A stretch of 53,497 bases of DNA, taken from a virus (Duplodnaviria; Caudoviricetes). Both the position numbers and the translations under genes were made by a program. Location: positions 1 through 53,497 of the IMG/VR virus record IMGVR_UViG_3300032295_001119; one strand, given 5' to 3'. Positions 10,599-20,456 of this stretch are shown piece by piece. A model generated the notes under the pieces. The model ran no database searches, was not told where the DNA came from, and saw nothing but the letters and a program-made list of their open reading frames with translations. How positions within the stretch are numbered: position 1 is the stretch's first letter; each line of letters starts with the position of its first letter.

Positions 10599-11871
10599 CC
10601 ATTTTCCCTTCATCTACTTTAGGCAGCTTTTCTGGATTAGCTTCCCAAGCTGCCTTAGCCTGTTCGCCAATCTTACCTTCGAACGGGCAAGGTGTGCCTG
10701 CAGCCATCATAGCATCAAATACACGACGGTCTTGACACATAGTAGCAACAGCCGCAACTTTCATACCCATATCGTATAGAGTTTTAGATAATTTTAGGCG
10801 TTCACAATTCATATCACGAACTGTTCCGCCACCTGACACACCAAATACCTGAGTTTGCACGGAACCTGAACTACCAGTAGAACACAAGTCAGCATTACCA
10901 CCACTCATCATTGCAGGTGCTACAGCAGTTGGTGGAGGTTGAATTACTTTCTGAGTGATAGTTGATTCGTTAATGTTACGATTCGTCATTTCACCACTTT
11001 GAATGTTCTGATTTACATTAGTAGCAGTACTAGTATTTTGATTGACGTTTGTATTAGCAGTAGTAGCAGTAGATGTATTAACGTTGTTATTGTTATTTGT
11101 CATGCTACCACTTTGAATGTTTTGGTTCACATTGTTGCTAGTACTAACGTTGTTGTTGTTATTTGTATTGACCGCAGTGCTAGTTGAAACATTGTTATTT
11201 TGATTGACGTTGTTACTAGTTGTTTGATTGACATTATTGTTGTTATACGTCATTGTACCACTGTTAATGTTGTTGTTAGTATTGACATTGGTATTAGCTG
11301 ACGTTGTAGCGTTGTTATTATTATACGTCATTGTACCACTGTTAACGTTGTTATTAGTGTTGGTACTAGTGCTAGTTGATGCATTAACGTTATTGTTGTT
11401 GTACGTCATTGTCCCACTGTTAACGTTATTATTTTGGTTAACGTTAGTGTTTGTAGCAGTACTAGCACTGACGTTATTGTTATTATACGTCATTGTGCCT
11501 GAGTTGACGTTATTGTTGTTATACGTCATCGTACCGCTGTTGACGTTATTGTTATTCATAGTCTGTGTACCACTGTTAATGTTGTTATTAGTATTGACTG
11601 AGGTAGCTGTGCTAGTAGAAACGTTGTTGTTTGTGTTGGCGCTTGTACTGTTTACAGTACTTGTACTAGTAGAATTGCTATTACTAGTGTTATTATTGTT
11701 ACTGTTTACCGTACTTGTACTAGTGCTTGTGCTATTAGTATCAACAAGTGAGGTTGAGGAATAACCACCTGTAATTGAGGTAGTTTGGTTAATCAATGCG
11801 GGTGGTGCAGTTTGAGCGGATACGCCCAGGCTGGTAGCTATGGCCAATGCCAAAATTGTCTTTTTCATCAT
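10534..11871 (-). CDS. Exported Asn-rich repeat protein with Cys-rich C-terminal domain
   Basis: Signal peptide; NNNNVNSGTMTY repeats; C-terminal hydrophobic segment. Confidence 0.82.
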   Translation of the reverse strand: MMKKTILALAIATSLGVSAQTAPPALINQTTSITGGYSSTSLVDTNSTSTSTSTVNSNNNNTSNSNSTSTSTVNSTSANTNNNVSTSTATSVNTNNNINSGTQTMNNNNVNSGTMTYNNNNVNSGTMTYNNNNVSASTATNTNVNQNNNVNSGTMTYNNNNVNASTSTSTNTNNNVNSGTMTYNNNNATTSANTNVNTNNNINSGTMTYNNNNVNQTTSNNVNQNNNVSTSTAVNTNNNNNVSTSNNVNQNIQSGSMTNNNNNVNTSTATTANTNVNQNTSTATNVNQNIQSGEMTNRNINESTITQKVIQPPPTAVAPAMMSGGNADLCSTGSSGSVQTQVFGVSGGGTVRDMNCERLKLSKTLYDMGMKVAAVATMCQDRRVFDAMMAAGTPCPFEGKIGEQAKAAWEANPEKLPKVDEGKMDDTYKKVGIGALLGVLVHKLF

Positions 11872-11988
11872 CTTTATCCTTTATTATTGTTATTATCTGA
11901 AAGATGGAACCATTGTGGATTCATTGATATTTATCAAGAAAAGTGATAAATATAGTACAACTAATAATAACTATAAGGAGAAGTTGTC

Positions 11989-12531
11989 ATGGCCGAAGAA
12001 AAGAAACCACTATCACGTAGCGAACGTGAAGCAAGAATTAAAGACAAGGCCGGTTGGGTTATCACAGTTATAGCCGCTTTATTAGCAGTAAACACCTATA
12101 TCGCTAGTGGAAACTCTAGTAAAGTATTGAACAACACTATCAAGGCCAATGATACTTGGGCTTTTTATCAGGCTAAATCCATTAAGCAGACACTAGCGGA
12201 ACAAAGTTATGATGATGCTATGGAAAGGAAACAGTTTGAAAAGGCTGAAAAATTAAAGGCTAAAATAAACCGTTATGAATCTGAACCCGAGACAGGGGAA
12301 GGTAAGAAAGAATTAATGGTCAAGGCTCGTGCGTTAGAAGCAGAGCGTGACAGTGTTCGCAAGTCAGGCCCTTGGATGACCTTTAGCGGTATGGCTTACC
12401 AGTTAGGTATTGTGTTATTGTCTGCATCTATCTTAGCAGTAAGTATGCCTCTGTTTTGGGGAAGCATTGCAGTTAGCGGTGTAGGTGCATTCTTAATGAG
12501 CCAAGGCATTTGGCTCTGGCTACCATTCTAA
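11989..12531 (+). CDS. DUF4337-like membrane protein
   Basis: WAFYQAKSIK motif, three TM segments, AGGAG RBS. Confidence 0.7.
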   Translation: MAEEKKPLSRSEREARIKDKAGWVITVIAALLAVNTYIASGNSSKVLNNTIKANDTWAFYQAKSIKQTLAEQSYDDAMERKQFEKAEKLKAKINRYESEPETGEGKKELMVKARALEAERDSVRKSGPWMTFSGMAYQLGIVLLSASILAVSMPLFWGSIAVSGVGAFLMSQGIWLWLPF

Positions 12532-12782
12532 TTTCGCTTAGGTATATAGTCTACGTTAGGGATTGGGGTATAGTCTTTGTTGATGGGGTTGCAAATATCT
12601 TCCCCGTACTTCAACACGATGTATCCCAATTCACTGTCATCTGTCTTGTGTGACAAACCAATCATAATATGAAATTTCCAAGATATCTTAGTCTTGATTA
12701 GTTTACTGATGACTGGATCTTTTAAGATATCGTCAAAGTTATTAGACTCACGTTTGAAGGTATAGTACTTCATTTGTTCCAC
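12528..12782 (-). CDS. Hypothetical protein
   Basis: ORF in packed operon. Confidence 0.55.
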   Translation of the reverse strand: MEQMKYYTFKRESNNFDDILKDPVISKLIKTKISWKFHIMIGLSHKTDDSELGYIVLKYGEDICNPINKDYTPIPNVDYIPKRN

Positions 12783-12970
12783 ATTGAAAATGCCACGTAA
12801 TCTCTTTCAGTATCAAAAAGAAACACATAGCTAGACCATTGATCGTCAGGGTCTTCCATAAATCTCCACTCACCAGTGCAATTACGTTCACACCATTCAA
12901 TGATTGGCTTTAACTGTCCATAAGATAAAGCTATCTTAATCTTGTATGCTGTTGGAATATTGATGGACAT
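12770..12970 (-). CDS. Hypothetical protein
   Basis: ORF in packed operon. Confidence 0.6.
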   Translation of the reverse strand: MSINIPTAYKIKIALSYGQLKPIIEWCERNCTGEWRFMEDPDDQWSSYVFLFDTERDYVAFSMWNK

Positions 12971-13403
12971 TTACATCGCCCTGTTTTAGAAAGTTGAGGC
13001 CATCATCATTGCGATATGCATCACGATAATAGACACTCTTTATGCCTGACTGATAAATCAGTTTAGCACAGTCAATGCAAGGAGCATGAGTGCAGAAAAG
13101 AGTAGCACCGTCACTACTTTCGGTTGAACGTGCAACCTTAGCAATTGCGTTTGATTCAGCATGTAACACTTCTGGTTTAGTTTTTAATTCGTAACAACCT
13201 TCATCATCTACATGCCATCCGTCAATCTTGTAAATCTTTTCTTCACAATCGTTATCCCAACCGCTAGGCATACCATTATAGCCGGTTGCAAGAATTTGAT
13301 TCTGTCTTACAATAACTGCACCTACTTGTAAACGTTTGGCATAAGACAACTCAGCAGTTGTCTCTGCAATCTTCATATAGTAGTCAATGAACTTTGGTTT
13401 CAT
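12936..13403 (-). CDS. dCMP deaminase
   Basis: TGYNG, HAESNAI, PCIDC. Confidence 0.92.
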   Translation of the reverse strand: MKPKFIDYYMKIAETTAELSYAKRLQVGAVIVRQNQILATGYNGMPSGWDNDCEEKIYKIDGWHVDDEGCYELKTKPEVLHAESNAIAKVARSTESSDGATLFCTHAPCIDCAKLIYQSGIKSVYYRDAYRNDDGLNFLKQGDVNVHQYSNSIQD

Positions 13404-13726
13404 TCTTCTAACAAGTCAATTTTGTTTGGCTTATCTTTCCAATCTTCGGCATCGCTTGGTGCGTCTTTCTTCTTAGTAATGTTTGGCCACTTCTTTGCCA
13501 ATCGTTCATTTATATCAATCCAAAAATCAAGTTTCTCTACATCTTTGGCTGTATCCTCAACAATAGCGTTAACAGGACACTCGGGGATACACACACCACA
13601 GTCAATGCATTCGTCAGGATTAATTGCTAGAAAGTTAGGACCTTCGTAGAAGCAATCAACAGGACAAACTACTACGCAATCGGTGTGCTTACATTTAATA
13701 CAATTCTCTGTTACAACGTGTGTCAT
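13400..13726 (-). CDS. fdxA: 7Fe ferredoxin (FdxA type)
   Basis: [18 protein letters not shown]...[12 protein letters not shown]. Confidence 0.92.
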   Translation of the reverse strand: MTHVVTENCIKCKHTDCVVVCPVDCFYEGPNFLAINPDECIDCGVCIPECPVNAIVEDTAKDVEKLDFWIDINERLAKKWPNITKKKDAPSDAEDWKDKPNKIDLLEE

Positions 13727-13956
13727 TTTATATATGTTTCCTCAATTAGTTCTTTTGCTAAATCTTCATCTATCAGTCTGCTAATAACAGAATCTTTAAC
13801 ATGAAATCTTTCGCAAAAAGCTTTTCCATACTTTAGACCTCTGATCTGGTCAAAAATATACTCTCTCTGAAAGACTTCATATTCTTGTTTACTTATCTGT
13901 GCTGTCGGTAGTGTATCTAAAAGAGACACCATATGGCTAAATGAATTCAATCCCAA
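13723..13956 (-). CDS. Hypothetical protein
   Basis: ORF in packed operon. Confidence 0.55.
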   Translation of the reverse strand: MGLNSFSHMVSLLDTLPTAQISKQEYEVFQREYIFDQIRGLKYGKAFCERFHVKDSVISRLIDEDLAKELIEETYIK

Positions 13957-14486
13957 AGACTCCTATAATATTTACCAAACAATTCAAAACCTTCTTGCAT
14001 ACGCTCCTCATGTAGTCGATGACCTACATGGTCATACCAATGTTCTTCGGGATTCTTATCAACCATTTGATAAGTAGCTTCCATTTTACCAGTGACTGGA
14101 TTTGGATATAGTTTGTCTGTCTTAACCCAATCGAACTTAGCATCACCATGATGATATAAGGAATCGTAATCGTCTTTAACTAGTTGTTCAAACGACCAGA
14201 TCATTTTATCTAATATTACGTTCCAACGTTCACATGCTATTTCGAATGCCTCGTTATGTGATTCCTTATAGAAATCAAAACTTGTTTGTTCATTCCAATC
14301 TTCACCACCAATATCGTTTACTAGTTCACTAGGCACACCGTGCTTTTCTTCTTTGAGTTGAAGTAATGCAGGCAGGATAATGTGAGCCAATGTATGATCT
14401 AACGACCATGTATCGAATCGGTCAATCTCTACGTTGATTTTTCTTTCTGCATTACCCTTTGGGTATTTGTGAATGTTAACTTTCAT
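13947..14486 (-). CDS. Hypothetical phage protein
   Basis: ORF in packed operon. Confidence 0.7.
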   Translation of the reverse strand: MKVNIHKYPKGNAERKINVEIDRFDTWSLDHTLAHIILPALLQLKEEKHGVPSELVNDIGGEDWNEQTSFDFYKESHNEAFEIACERWNVILDKMIWSFEQLVKDDYDSLYHHGDAKFDWVKTDKLYPNPVTGKMEATYQMVDKNPEEHWYDHVGHRLHEERMQEGFELFGKYYRSLWD

Positions 14487-14859
14487 GTGTATTAGCTAGG
14501 ATATTGTGTCTTACTTTACCATCTACAAATGCAAACACATCATCTGTTGTTTGATCTAGTACAGCGGCATATTTGATATTCTTGTATTCTTTAGCTAACT
14601 TAGCCAATTCATCTATTGATGTTGCTTGACATACAAACGCATTTGCATCCCTATCATAGAGGTACAATACATCATTCGTGCGTTCAATAAACAACTGATT
14701 TACTTTAGATTTTGTGAGTTCATCATCTTCAAATTCAGATACGTCTATGCCTTCTCTTTTTGCTTCTCTAATTAAGATATCTTTTAAACGCCATGACAAG
14801 ATAGCCTGACCCAATTGATATCCGACGAACAACCCAAAGATAAAGAGGATGATTTCCAT
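14476..14859 (-). CDS. Hypothetical protein with N-terminal TM
   Basis: TAAATA motif 5 nt before ATG. Confidence 0.65.
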   Translation of the reverse strand: MEIILFIFGLFVGYQLGQAILSWRLKDILIREAKREGIDVSEFEDDELTKSKVNQLFIERTNDVLYLYDRDANAFVCQATSIDELAKLAKEYKNIKYAAVLDQTTDDVFAFVDGKVRHNILANTHES

Positions 14860-14867
14860 GATACTAT

Positions 14868-15149
14868 TTATTTGATAGGGATATTAGACCATTGCTTGAG
14901 TTTTTCAAACTTTGCTTTTTTTGCTACTGCCAACCCTGCATTTGTCACGCCAACTTTTTGCTTAACAAGCAATTCAACCATAGCAAGTAAGTCACCTAAT
15001 TCTTCTTCTAACACTTGAATGTTTGTTTTCTCTTTACCTGGTTTGATTTGATCGGGACCAAATCGCATAATCTTTGATACTTCTTTTGCTACTTCGGCAC
15101 ATTCTTCTGATAGAATCAGAATAATTTCTCTTGTTGTTTCATTCATCAT
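14868..15149 (-). CDS. MazG-like nucleotide pyrophosphohydrolase
   Basis: EECAEV...EEELGDLL. Confidence 0.75.
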   Translation of the reverse strand: MMNETTREIILILSEECAEVAKEVSKIMRFGPDQIKPGKEKTNIQVLEEELGDLLAMVELLVKQKVGVTNAGLAVAKKAKFEKLKQWSNIPIK

Positions 15150-15667
15150 TAATCCTTTTTGATACTTGCGGCTTTGGGTGCAACATACTTTTCATGATAG
15201 TCTTTCCAATCAGTCAAGTAATGTTCGTTCTTAACCCAACGATGCTTGCCTTTTTTTGCTTCAACTAAGAAGCCCCATTCACGTTGCTGTCGGCCCATAA
15301 AGAAAAGTGTAGTGACTGGTCGTTCTGCATCAAGTTCAAGGTAATGCATTTCATGTGCTTTACGCTTAATTATCGAACCAGGACCACACCACTTACTGAG
15401 TTCACCGATCTTCTTTCCATTAGAATCAATCAACGGAACATGTTCATAATAACCACCCTTAATAACAATAGTCATGTAAGGCCAAGGGTGGTCATGAAAA
15501 ATAGGATCGTCACTTCGCACAATCTTATGAAGGGTGACATTGAAGGGGAACCAGTTACGATCTTTTAAGAAAAGATAATAACGATGCATATAGTCGGCGC
15601 CTGTTCTGCGATCAGGAATCAAACGATAGCGACCCATCATGTTCATAAGTTTGTGCAAGAATCCCAT
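15149..15667 (-). CDS. Cupin-like phage protein
   Basis: HDHPW...GGYYE...H. Confidence 0.6.
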   Translation of the reverse strand: MGFLHKLMNMMGRYRLIPDRRTGADYMHRYYLFLKDRNWFPFNVTLHKIVRSDDPIFHDHPWPYMTIVIKGGYYEHVPLIDSNGKKIGELSKWCGPGSIIKRKAHEMHYLELDAERPVTTLFFMGRQQREWGFLVEAKKGKHRWVKNEHYLTDWKDYHEKYVAPKAASIKKD

Positions 15668-15668
15668 G

Positions 15669-15893
15669 TTAATCTTTCAGTTTGTCAACAACATTAACGC
15701 ACATATCCATCCAATATGCTACGTCACCCATATCAGGACCAAACATTGCCCCATATGATAATTGTACATCTTCATCCAATAAAAGTCTACTGTTTTGGTT
15801 ATCCATAACAGTTAAATGGCCCGTATTTTTTTCGGTCCGTTCTACCTTGCATTCATATATTTCATCTAACATTGATTGCCACACTGTGTCCAT
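15669..15893 (-). CDS. Hypothetical protein
   Basis: ORF. Confidence 0.6.
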   Translation of the reverse strand: MDTVWQSMLDEIYECKVERTEKNTGHLTVMDNQNSRLLLDEDVQLSYGAMFGPDMGDVAYWMDMCVNVVDKLKD

Positions 15894-15905
15894 TTTTAAT
15901 CTCAC

Positions 15906-15936
15906 AAATAAAAAGACGGGCTTAAGGTGCCCGTCT
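15906..15936 (-). terminator. Intrinsic terminator
   Basis: AGACGGGC-loop-GCCCGTCT followed by T-run. Confidence 0.7.
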
Positions 15937-15969
15937 GACCTGTTTGCTTGTCTCTCCCGAGACTAGACT

Positions 15970-16227
15970 TTATTCACCCTGTGCGGCTAAGGCGCGATAG
16001 CCTGCGGCAACAACTGCACGGCTAGGGCGACCCAAGCGATACTTGGTGAATGTATCACCACGCTTGTTTGTACGCTTGTTAGCGTAAATCGCATAGCCCT
16101 GGAAGCGCAAAGCACTAACGCTAGCAGTAGGGTTAGCAATATCAAAACGATAGTTGATTTGCTTTGCGGTGAGTTCTTCACCATTACGAAGTGCCTCTAA
16201 TAGGCGGGTTTGTTTAGTTTCAGTCAT
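15970..16227 (-). CDS. Winged helix-turn-helix protein
   Basis: LL.AL..GE.LTA.QI...F.IANP.A.VS.LR..GY.I. Confidence 0.6.
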   Translation of the reverse strand: MTETKQTRLLEALRNGEELTAKQINYRFDIANPTASVSALRFQGYAIYANKRTNKRGDTFTKYRLGRPSRAVVAAGYRALAAQGE

Positions 16228-16333
16228 AATTTTCCTCTTAAAGATTCGCTGTGTTAACAACGTATAATGATTATAGATGATTATGAGTAGTAATGCAACA
16301 GTATTGGTAACCTAGTTTCCCAATACTGTTGAT

Positions 16334-17182
16334 TTAAACTTCCAAATACTGGAGTTCAAAAAGATCAGCAGAATCCTCATAACCAATATAACCACGAGGA
16401 TTACATACGATTCGGGTACTACCAATCATGTAGTCAAACTTGTGATGTGTATGACCATGTGTCCACAATTTGATTTGGGGATGATCCATAATGAATTCGC
16501 TCAAGTCACTAGCATACGCACCGTTCATCAATGTGTCGTTTTGATAACGAGGATGAACAGATAATTTGCTCGGTGCCATGTGGCCAACTACCACAAACTT
16601 TTCATTAAACTGACCCTCAATTATAGTGCGGATATACTCCACGCTACGACGGTGTCTAGCCGCTGTATGAGCAGGACGTAGCTTAGAATAACCATGACCA
16701 TCATGTCGGATGATACGGTAGTCGTTCATCATGTCAGCAACGGCATGTAATGTAAGTGGGTCGCCTTTATTCATGTCAGTCCACAATGTAGAACCAATGA
16801 AGGTAACGTCATTGATAGTACGCATGTCATCTTCCATGAAGTAGACATTTGGATACTTACTACATTCATCACGCAGGTCTTGTAAGCTACCGATGAACTT
16901 GCCATGATAGAATTCGTGATTACCTGCAACGTAAACTACGTGAGGAAATTGAAAACTACAACGCTTTATGAAGTCCCGAAAGCGGAGTGCAGTTTGTTGC
17001 CTGCGACCTAAGTCAGCAAGAGCACCTGATGTGTATGGATCGTAGTCTATATGAGGATGGTCGTGAAGGTCTTGGGCGATAAGAATGTCACCGGATAGGA
17101 TCAGTACATCGGCACCTTCATCATTAGTGAGGTTGATGTCGCCGAATTCCAAATGTAAGTCTGAGCAGAGTGCTATTTTCAT
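16334..17182 (-). CDS. Calcineurin-like metallophosphoesterase
   Basis: SDLH, GDI, GNHE, HGHTH. Confidence 0.9.
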   Translation of the reverse strand: MKIALCSDLHLEFGDINLTNDEGADVLILSGDILIAQDLHDHPHIDYDPYTSGALADLGRRQQTALRFRDFIKRCSFQFPHVVYVAGNHEFYHGKFIGSLQDLRDECSKYPNVYFMEDDMRTINDVTFIGSTLWTDMNKGDPLTLHAVADMMNDYRIIRHDGHGYSKLRPAHTAARHRRSVEYIRTIIEGQFNEKFVVVGHMAPSKLSVHPRYQNDTLMNGAYASDLSEFIMDHPQIKLWTHGHTHHKFDYMIGSTRIVCNPRGYIGYEDSADLFELQYLEV

Positions 17183-17188
17183 ATTAGT

Positions 17189-17217
17189 ATTATATCATAT
17201 CCGTATTTATTTGTCAA
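17189..17217 (-). promoter_or_regulatory. sigma70 promoter, leaderless start
   Basis: TTGACA-N17-TATAAT-N6-ATG. Confidence 0.8.
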
Positions 17218-18337
17218 GATTTCTTTTGGTTTTTTGTAAACTAGAGAGTAATACATTATAGTTATGTTCACAAATTGATTTGCACTGTTCCATTTTATCC
17301 TGTAATTCATTCAAGGGCATTTTGCACAGTTTCTCTATCTCATTAACTGCCATCAACATTCGTGTTGCATCATTTTCTTCATTGTCATAACTTTCATCTA
17401 TTATGCCATGAAATGTTTGATATCCTAAACTTTTGATAGTTTCTAAAAACTTTGGTCTAGCCAATATTATGAAAGGATGTTTATAACACATAGGCCTAAA
17501 CGTCTTTTCAGTTATACATATACCATTGTCATGTTCATAAAAATATGTTTCAGTGACTACAGAAAAATGTGTAGAGTTGTAGAATGGTAATGTATAATCT
17601 CTGAATCCCCATATCTTTCCGTAATCTTCTACATCATCTAAATCAACAATTAGGTTTGGTAAATTCATTATCTCGCTTCTACTACCTTCTAACAGTGATG
17701 TTACTATTGAATTCGAATCATTAAGAGTCACGATCCAATCAAATGTTCTGCTCCAATTTTCTCTTTCGTTTGAAATAAGGCTTACATAACCACTATCTAA
17801 AATACCCTTTGCATGTAACAATCCTACCAATGTAGGTCTATGTGGTCTCCATCTGCGATTAAGACATATAAACTTTTTCTCAGTTACTGTATCAGGTCTT
17901 GTATTGTTTTTCCAATGTAATGCAGTTGTGTATTCTGCAATCAATGGTAAAAAACTTTTAATAGGTTTTAGGTTGTATTGTTTGGCACAGTCAAGTATAG
18001 TTTCATTGATAGAAAAACTCTCACTAAACACTATTACGTTTTGTTCTGATACTTTTCTTTTAATTACAATGTTTTCATAGATTACAGGTATAATGTTATG
18101 CATACCTTCAAATGAGTTAACAATAGCCAATCGGGCTTTACCCATCTGTAACCAATTTAATGTGCTAGTGGGTATTACCTTATCTAAAACGGTGTCAGTC
18201 AATGAATGAATATCACCGACTTCAAGATACCAATAAAGAATCTCGGTATCAAAATCAAATAGATCAACGTGCCGAGATATGGTGTTATATTTAATGTTCC
18301 CTTGAATGATTTGCGGGAACTTTTTATTTAATAGCAT
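17207..18337 (-). CDS. AT-rich glycosyltransferase-like protein (TEKT family paralog 1)
   Basis: LNRR..HR, VVTET, ITEKTFRP, HPF, IDESYD shared with 37426 and 44657; GT function is inference. Confidence 0.5.
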   Translation of the reverse strand: MLLNKKFPQIIQGNIKYNTISRHVDLFDFDTEILYWYLEVGDIHSLTDTVLDKVIPTSTLNWLQMGKARLAIVNSFEGMHNIIPVIYENIVIKRKVSEQNVIVFSESFSINETILDCAKQYNLKPIKSFLPLIAEYTTALHWKNNTRPDTVTEKKFICLNRRWRPHRPTLVGLLHAKGILDSGYVSLISNERENWSRTFDWIVTLNDSNSIVTSLLEGSRSEIMNLPNLIVDLDDVEDYGKIWGFRDYTLPFYNSTHFSVVTETYFYEHDNGICITEKTFRPMCYKHPFIILARPKFLETIKSLGYQTFHGIIDESYDNEENDATRMLMAVNEIEKLCKMPLNELQDKMEQCKSICEHNYNVLLSSLQKTKRNLDK

Positions 18338-18521
18338 CTTTCCTTAATTCTCTACACCGTAGTCTCATCTCCGGCGTGAAATCGGGACTAATCTCTGCCA
18401 GAGAACAGTTGATTACCTTTTCCTTTGATGGAGGAAAGTAATGTAGTGTGGTGCGGCTAATCAAAAATCCTAAGACTAAACACACTACTATGATTAATAT
18501 TTCTCTATGCACTGGTTTCAT
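18324..18521 (-). CDS. Small membrane protein
   Basis: N-terminal TM. Confidence 0.55.
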   Translation of the reverse strand: MKPVHREILIIVVCLVLGFLISRTTLHYFPPSKEKVINCSLAEISPDFTPEMRLRCRELRKDAIK

Positions 18522-19066
18522 TTAGTATGTTCCTCACAAGTGGTTCTAATCCAACCTTTGCCACCAGTCTGACCTGGCTTACCGCATGTCTCGCAGGTAA
18601 CACCTGACATGGATTCAGCCATACGAACTACACCATCAGTATAGTCGTCACCGCCACTGGTATAGAATCTAAGTGTACCAAACTTTTCTTTGATCTGGTC
18701 AGCCGTTAATTGTTCAACAGGATCGGACACTTTGCGACCTTCGCCTGTTAGTGCTTTGTCAATCTGTTCTTGTTGCCAACCAGTCATGTCATCGGGATGT
18801 TTGATAAACAGTGCATCATATAGATCATCCATGTCACCGTTCTTTGCTTTTTCTACAGCAAGGTTGTACTTGATATCCTTCTCACGTTGTTGATTCTTCC
18901 AATCAATATGGCTTTGAATCAATGAGCAAGCGTGGTTAATAATCTGAAACCAACCATCATTGATTTCAAATCCCCAAGACATGCAGGACTCCATTGGAGT
19001 CGCATTACGATTAACAAAAATTTTGGGATATTTCTCGCATAGATATGCGTCTTTTTCTGGACTCAT
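18518..19066 (-). CDS. Phage protein, QIKEKFGTLRFY family with C-terminal Cys motif
   Basis: KEKFG.LRFY, CETCG...C..H. Confidence 0.7.
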   Translation of the reverse strand: MSPEKDAYLCEKYPKIFVNRNATPMESCMSWGFEINDGWFQIINHACSLIQSHIDWKNQQREKDIKYNLAVEKAKNGDMDDLYDALFIKHPDDMTGWQQEQIDKALTGEGRKVSDPVEQLTADQIKEKFGTLRFYTSGGDDYTDGVVRMAESMSGVTCETCGKPGQTGGKGWIRTTCEEHTK

Positions 19067-19449
19067 TTTACAACACTCAATTCACTCACGTGCTTACATT
19101 GTTTACGAAATTGAAACCCGGTACAAGTACAAGACCAACCTTGACTGTTACGAGTTACAACATATTTATTTCCCTTGCTACCGGGGACTTCCCATGTTTT
19201 AACGTCAGTGCTAATTTCTTTGAAAGAACCGTTGAGGATTTTAAGATCCTCAACAAAGTCCATTGTAATGACACGAATGGGCCAATCATTATCACCACTC
19301 ATACAAAATTGACGATCATTCAGCCACTTGTACGGAGGAAGAACCTTACCTTCATGTTCACGAAAAGCAGGTCGGGGAGGAATCATACGAGGTCCTTGAC
19401 TATAACTAGTACGAACCTTAACGACACTACCTACAGTTGGAACACGCAT
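19063..19449 (-). CDS. SWIM zinc-finger protein
   Basis: CTC.GF...QCKH. Confidence 0.7.
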   Translation of the reverse strand: MRVPTVGSVVKVRTSYSQGPRMIPPRPAFREHEGKVLPPYKWLNDRQFCMSGDNDWPIRVITMDFVEDLKILNGSFKEISTDVKTWEVPGSKGNKYVVTRNSQGWSCTCTGFQFRKQCKHVSELSVVK

Positions 19450-19464
19450 GAAACACTCCTTTTA

Positions 19465-19692
19465 TCAACCTACAGCTTTTACGGTGATGATAGATTCCCG
19501 AAGAATACCTTCTCCGAAAACAGTTGCCCCACCTTCATCATTTTCAATGGATAGTGTTTTCATTGTGTTGAAACCACCGATCATCTCTCGCATTACTTTA
19601 TCTGTCGAGGCAGCGTCAGAGTTTGCGGCAAGAGTAATCTTACCATCGAATGAACCAATTGAATTGGTAACTTTAATTTCCAAATGTGCCAT
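19465..19692 (-). CDS. Hypothetical protein
   Basis: AGGAG RBS; TTGACG-N17-TATAAT at 19715-19743. Confidence 0.65.
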   Translation of the reverse strand: MAHLEIKVTNSIGSFDGKITLAANSDAASTDKVMREMIGGFNTMKTLSIENDEGGATVFGEGILRESIITVKAVG

Positions 19693-19732
19693 ATAAATCT
19701 CCTTTTAGCAAGACATTATATAGCACATTTGT

Positions 19733-20140
19733 TCAGGCGTCAACTGTTTCGGCTTCTTTAGCGAAAGCTTCATCCAATGTGATCCAAACGCCAGCTGTAG
19801 CATAGTAACGAACAAACCAAGTTGCTGTGCCGTTGACGTTGCGCAGGATGTAGTCGTATTCCTCTTGTTGTGAGCAGTCAAAATATTCGTCTGTGTTCTT
19901 GTACTTGTTGACGCACAGGTCTTCACCGCGCTGGGTGTATGCTTCGTCAGCAGTTTCGCCAAACGTCTCCCGCAGGCTAGAGAACCCACCCAAGCTCACA
20001 AGTGCTTTGACTTCAAAAGGATCCATGTAGTGATTCTGCAGGATCTTGCCGTTGTTGCTCAAGTAACCGTCCCAATGACAGTATACCTGCTCAACTGTGC
20101 CGTCTGCGAACTCAAGTGCGATTGTAGAACGTGTACCCAT
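19733..20140 (-). CDS. Phage protein (YCHWDGY family)
   Basis: MGTRS.I...YCHWDGY; AGGAG RBS. Confidence 0.75.
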   Translation of the reverse strand: MGTRSTIALEFADGTVEQVYCHWDGYLSNNGKILQNHYMDPFEVKALVSLGGFSSLRETFGETADEAYTQRGEDLCVNKYKNTDEYFDCSQQEEYDYILRNVNGTATWFVRYYATAGVWITLDEAFAKEAETVDA

Positions 20141-20144
20141 TTGT

Positions 20145-20433
20145 AACTCCTGTTGTTTGACTGTTTAAGATTCTATTATATACCCAAACCGATTTATTGT
20201 CAAGCCTCGCCGCGATACTCAACGGTGTCGATCAGGTCGTCAGGGTGAAAATCACGAAAAAGTTCTACCGCATATGATTCATCTTCGGCACGATAAGTTC
20301 TAGAATCCATGTTACCAGAATTCAGATCCTGGTAAAACACTTCAAAGATAAAGATGGTTGCTTCGCTCATTTCCAACTCCTGTTGTTTGACTGTCTAAGA
20401 TTCTATTATATACCCAAACCGATTTATTGTCAA
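20145..20433 (-). repeat. 59-bp direct repeat of promoter+RBS cassette (20145-20203, 20375-20433)
   Basis: One mismatch; each copy contains TTGACA-N17-TATAAT and the GGAG RBS. Confidence 0.9.
20200..20370 (-). CDS. Small acidic protein (56 aa), absent from ORF track
   Basis: MSEATIFIFEVFYQD... with own promoter and RBS. Confidence 0.7.
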   Translation of the reverse strand: MSEATIFIFEVFYQDLNSGNMDSRTYRAEDESYAVELFRDFHPDDLIDTVEYRGEA

Positions 20434-20456
20434 CCTTTGGACAAAAGTTCCTTTCT

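Noticed and set aside
11228-11764. Leu/Val-rich + strand ORF
   Set aside because: Antisense shadow of the Asn-rich repeat gene.
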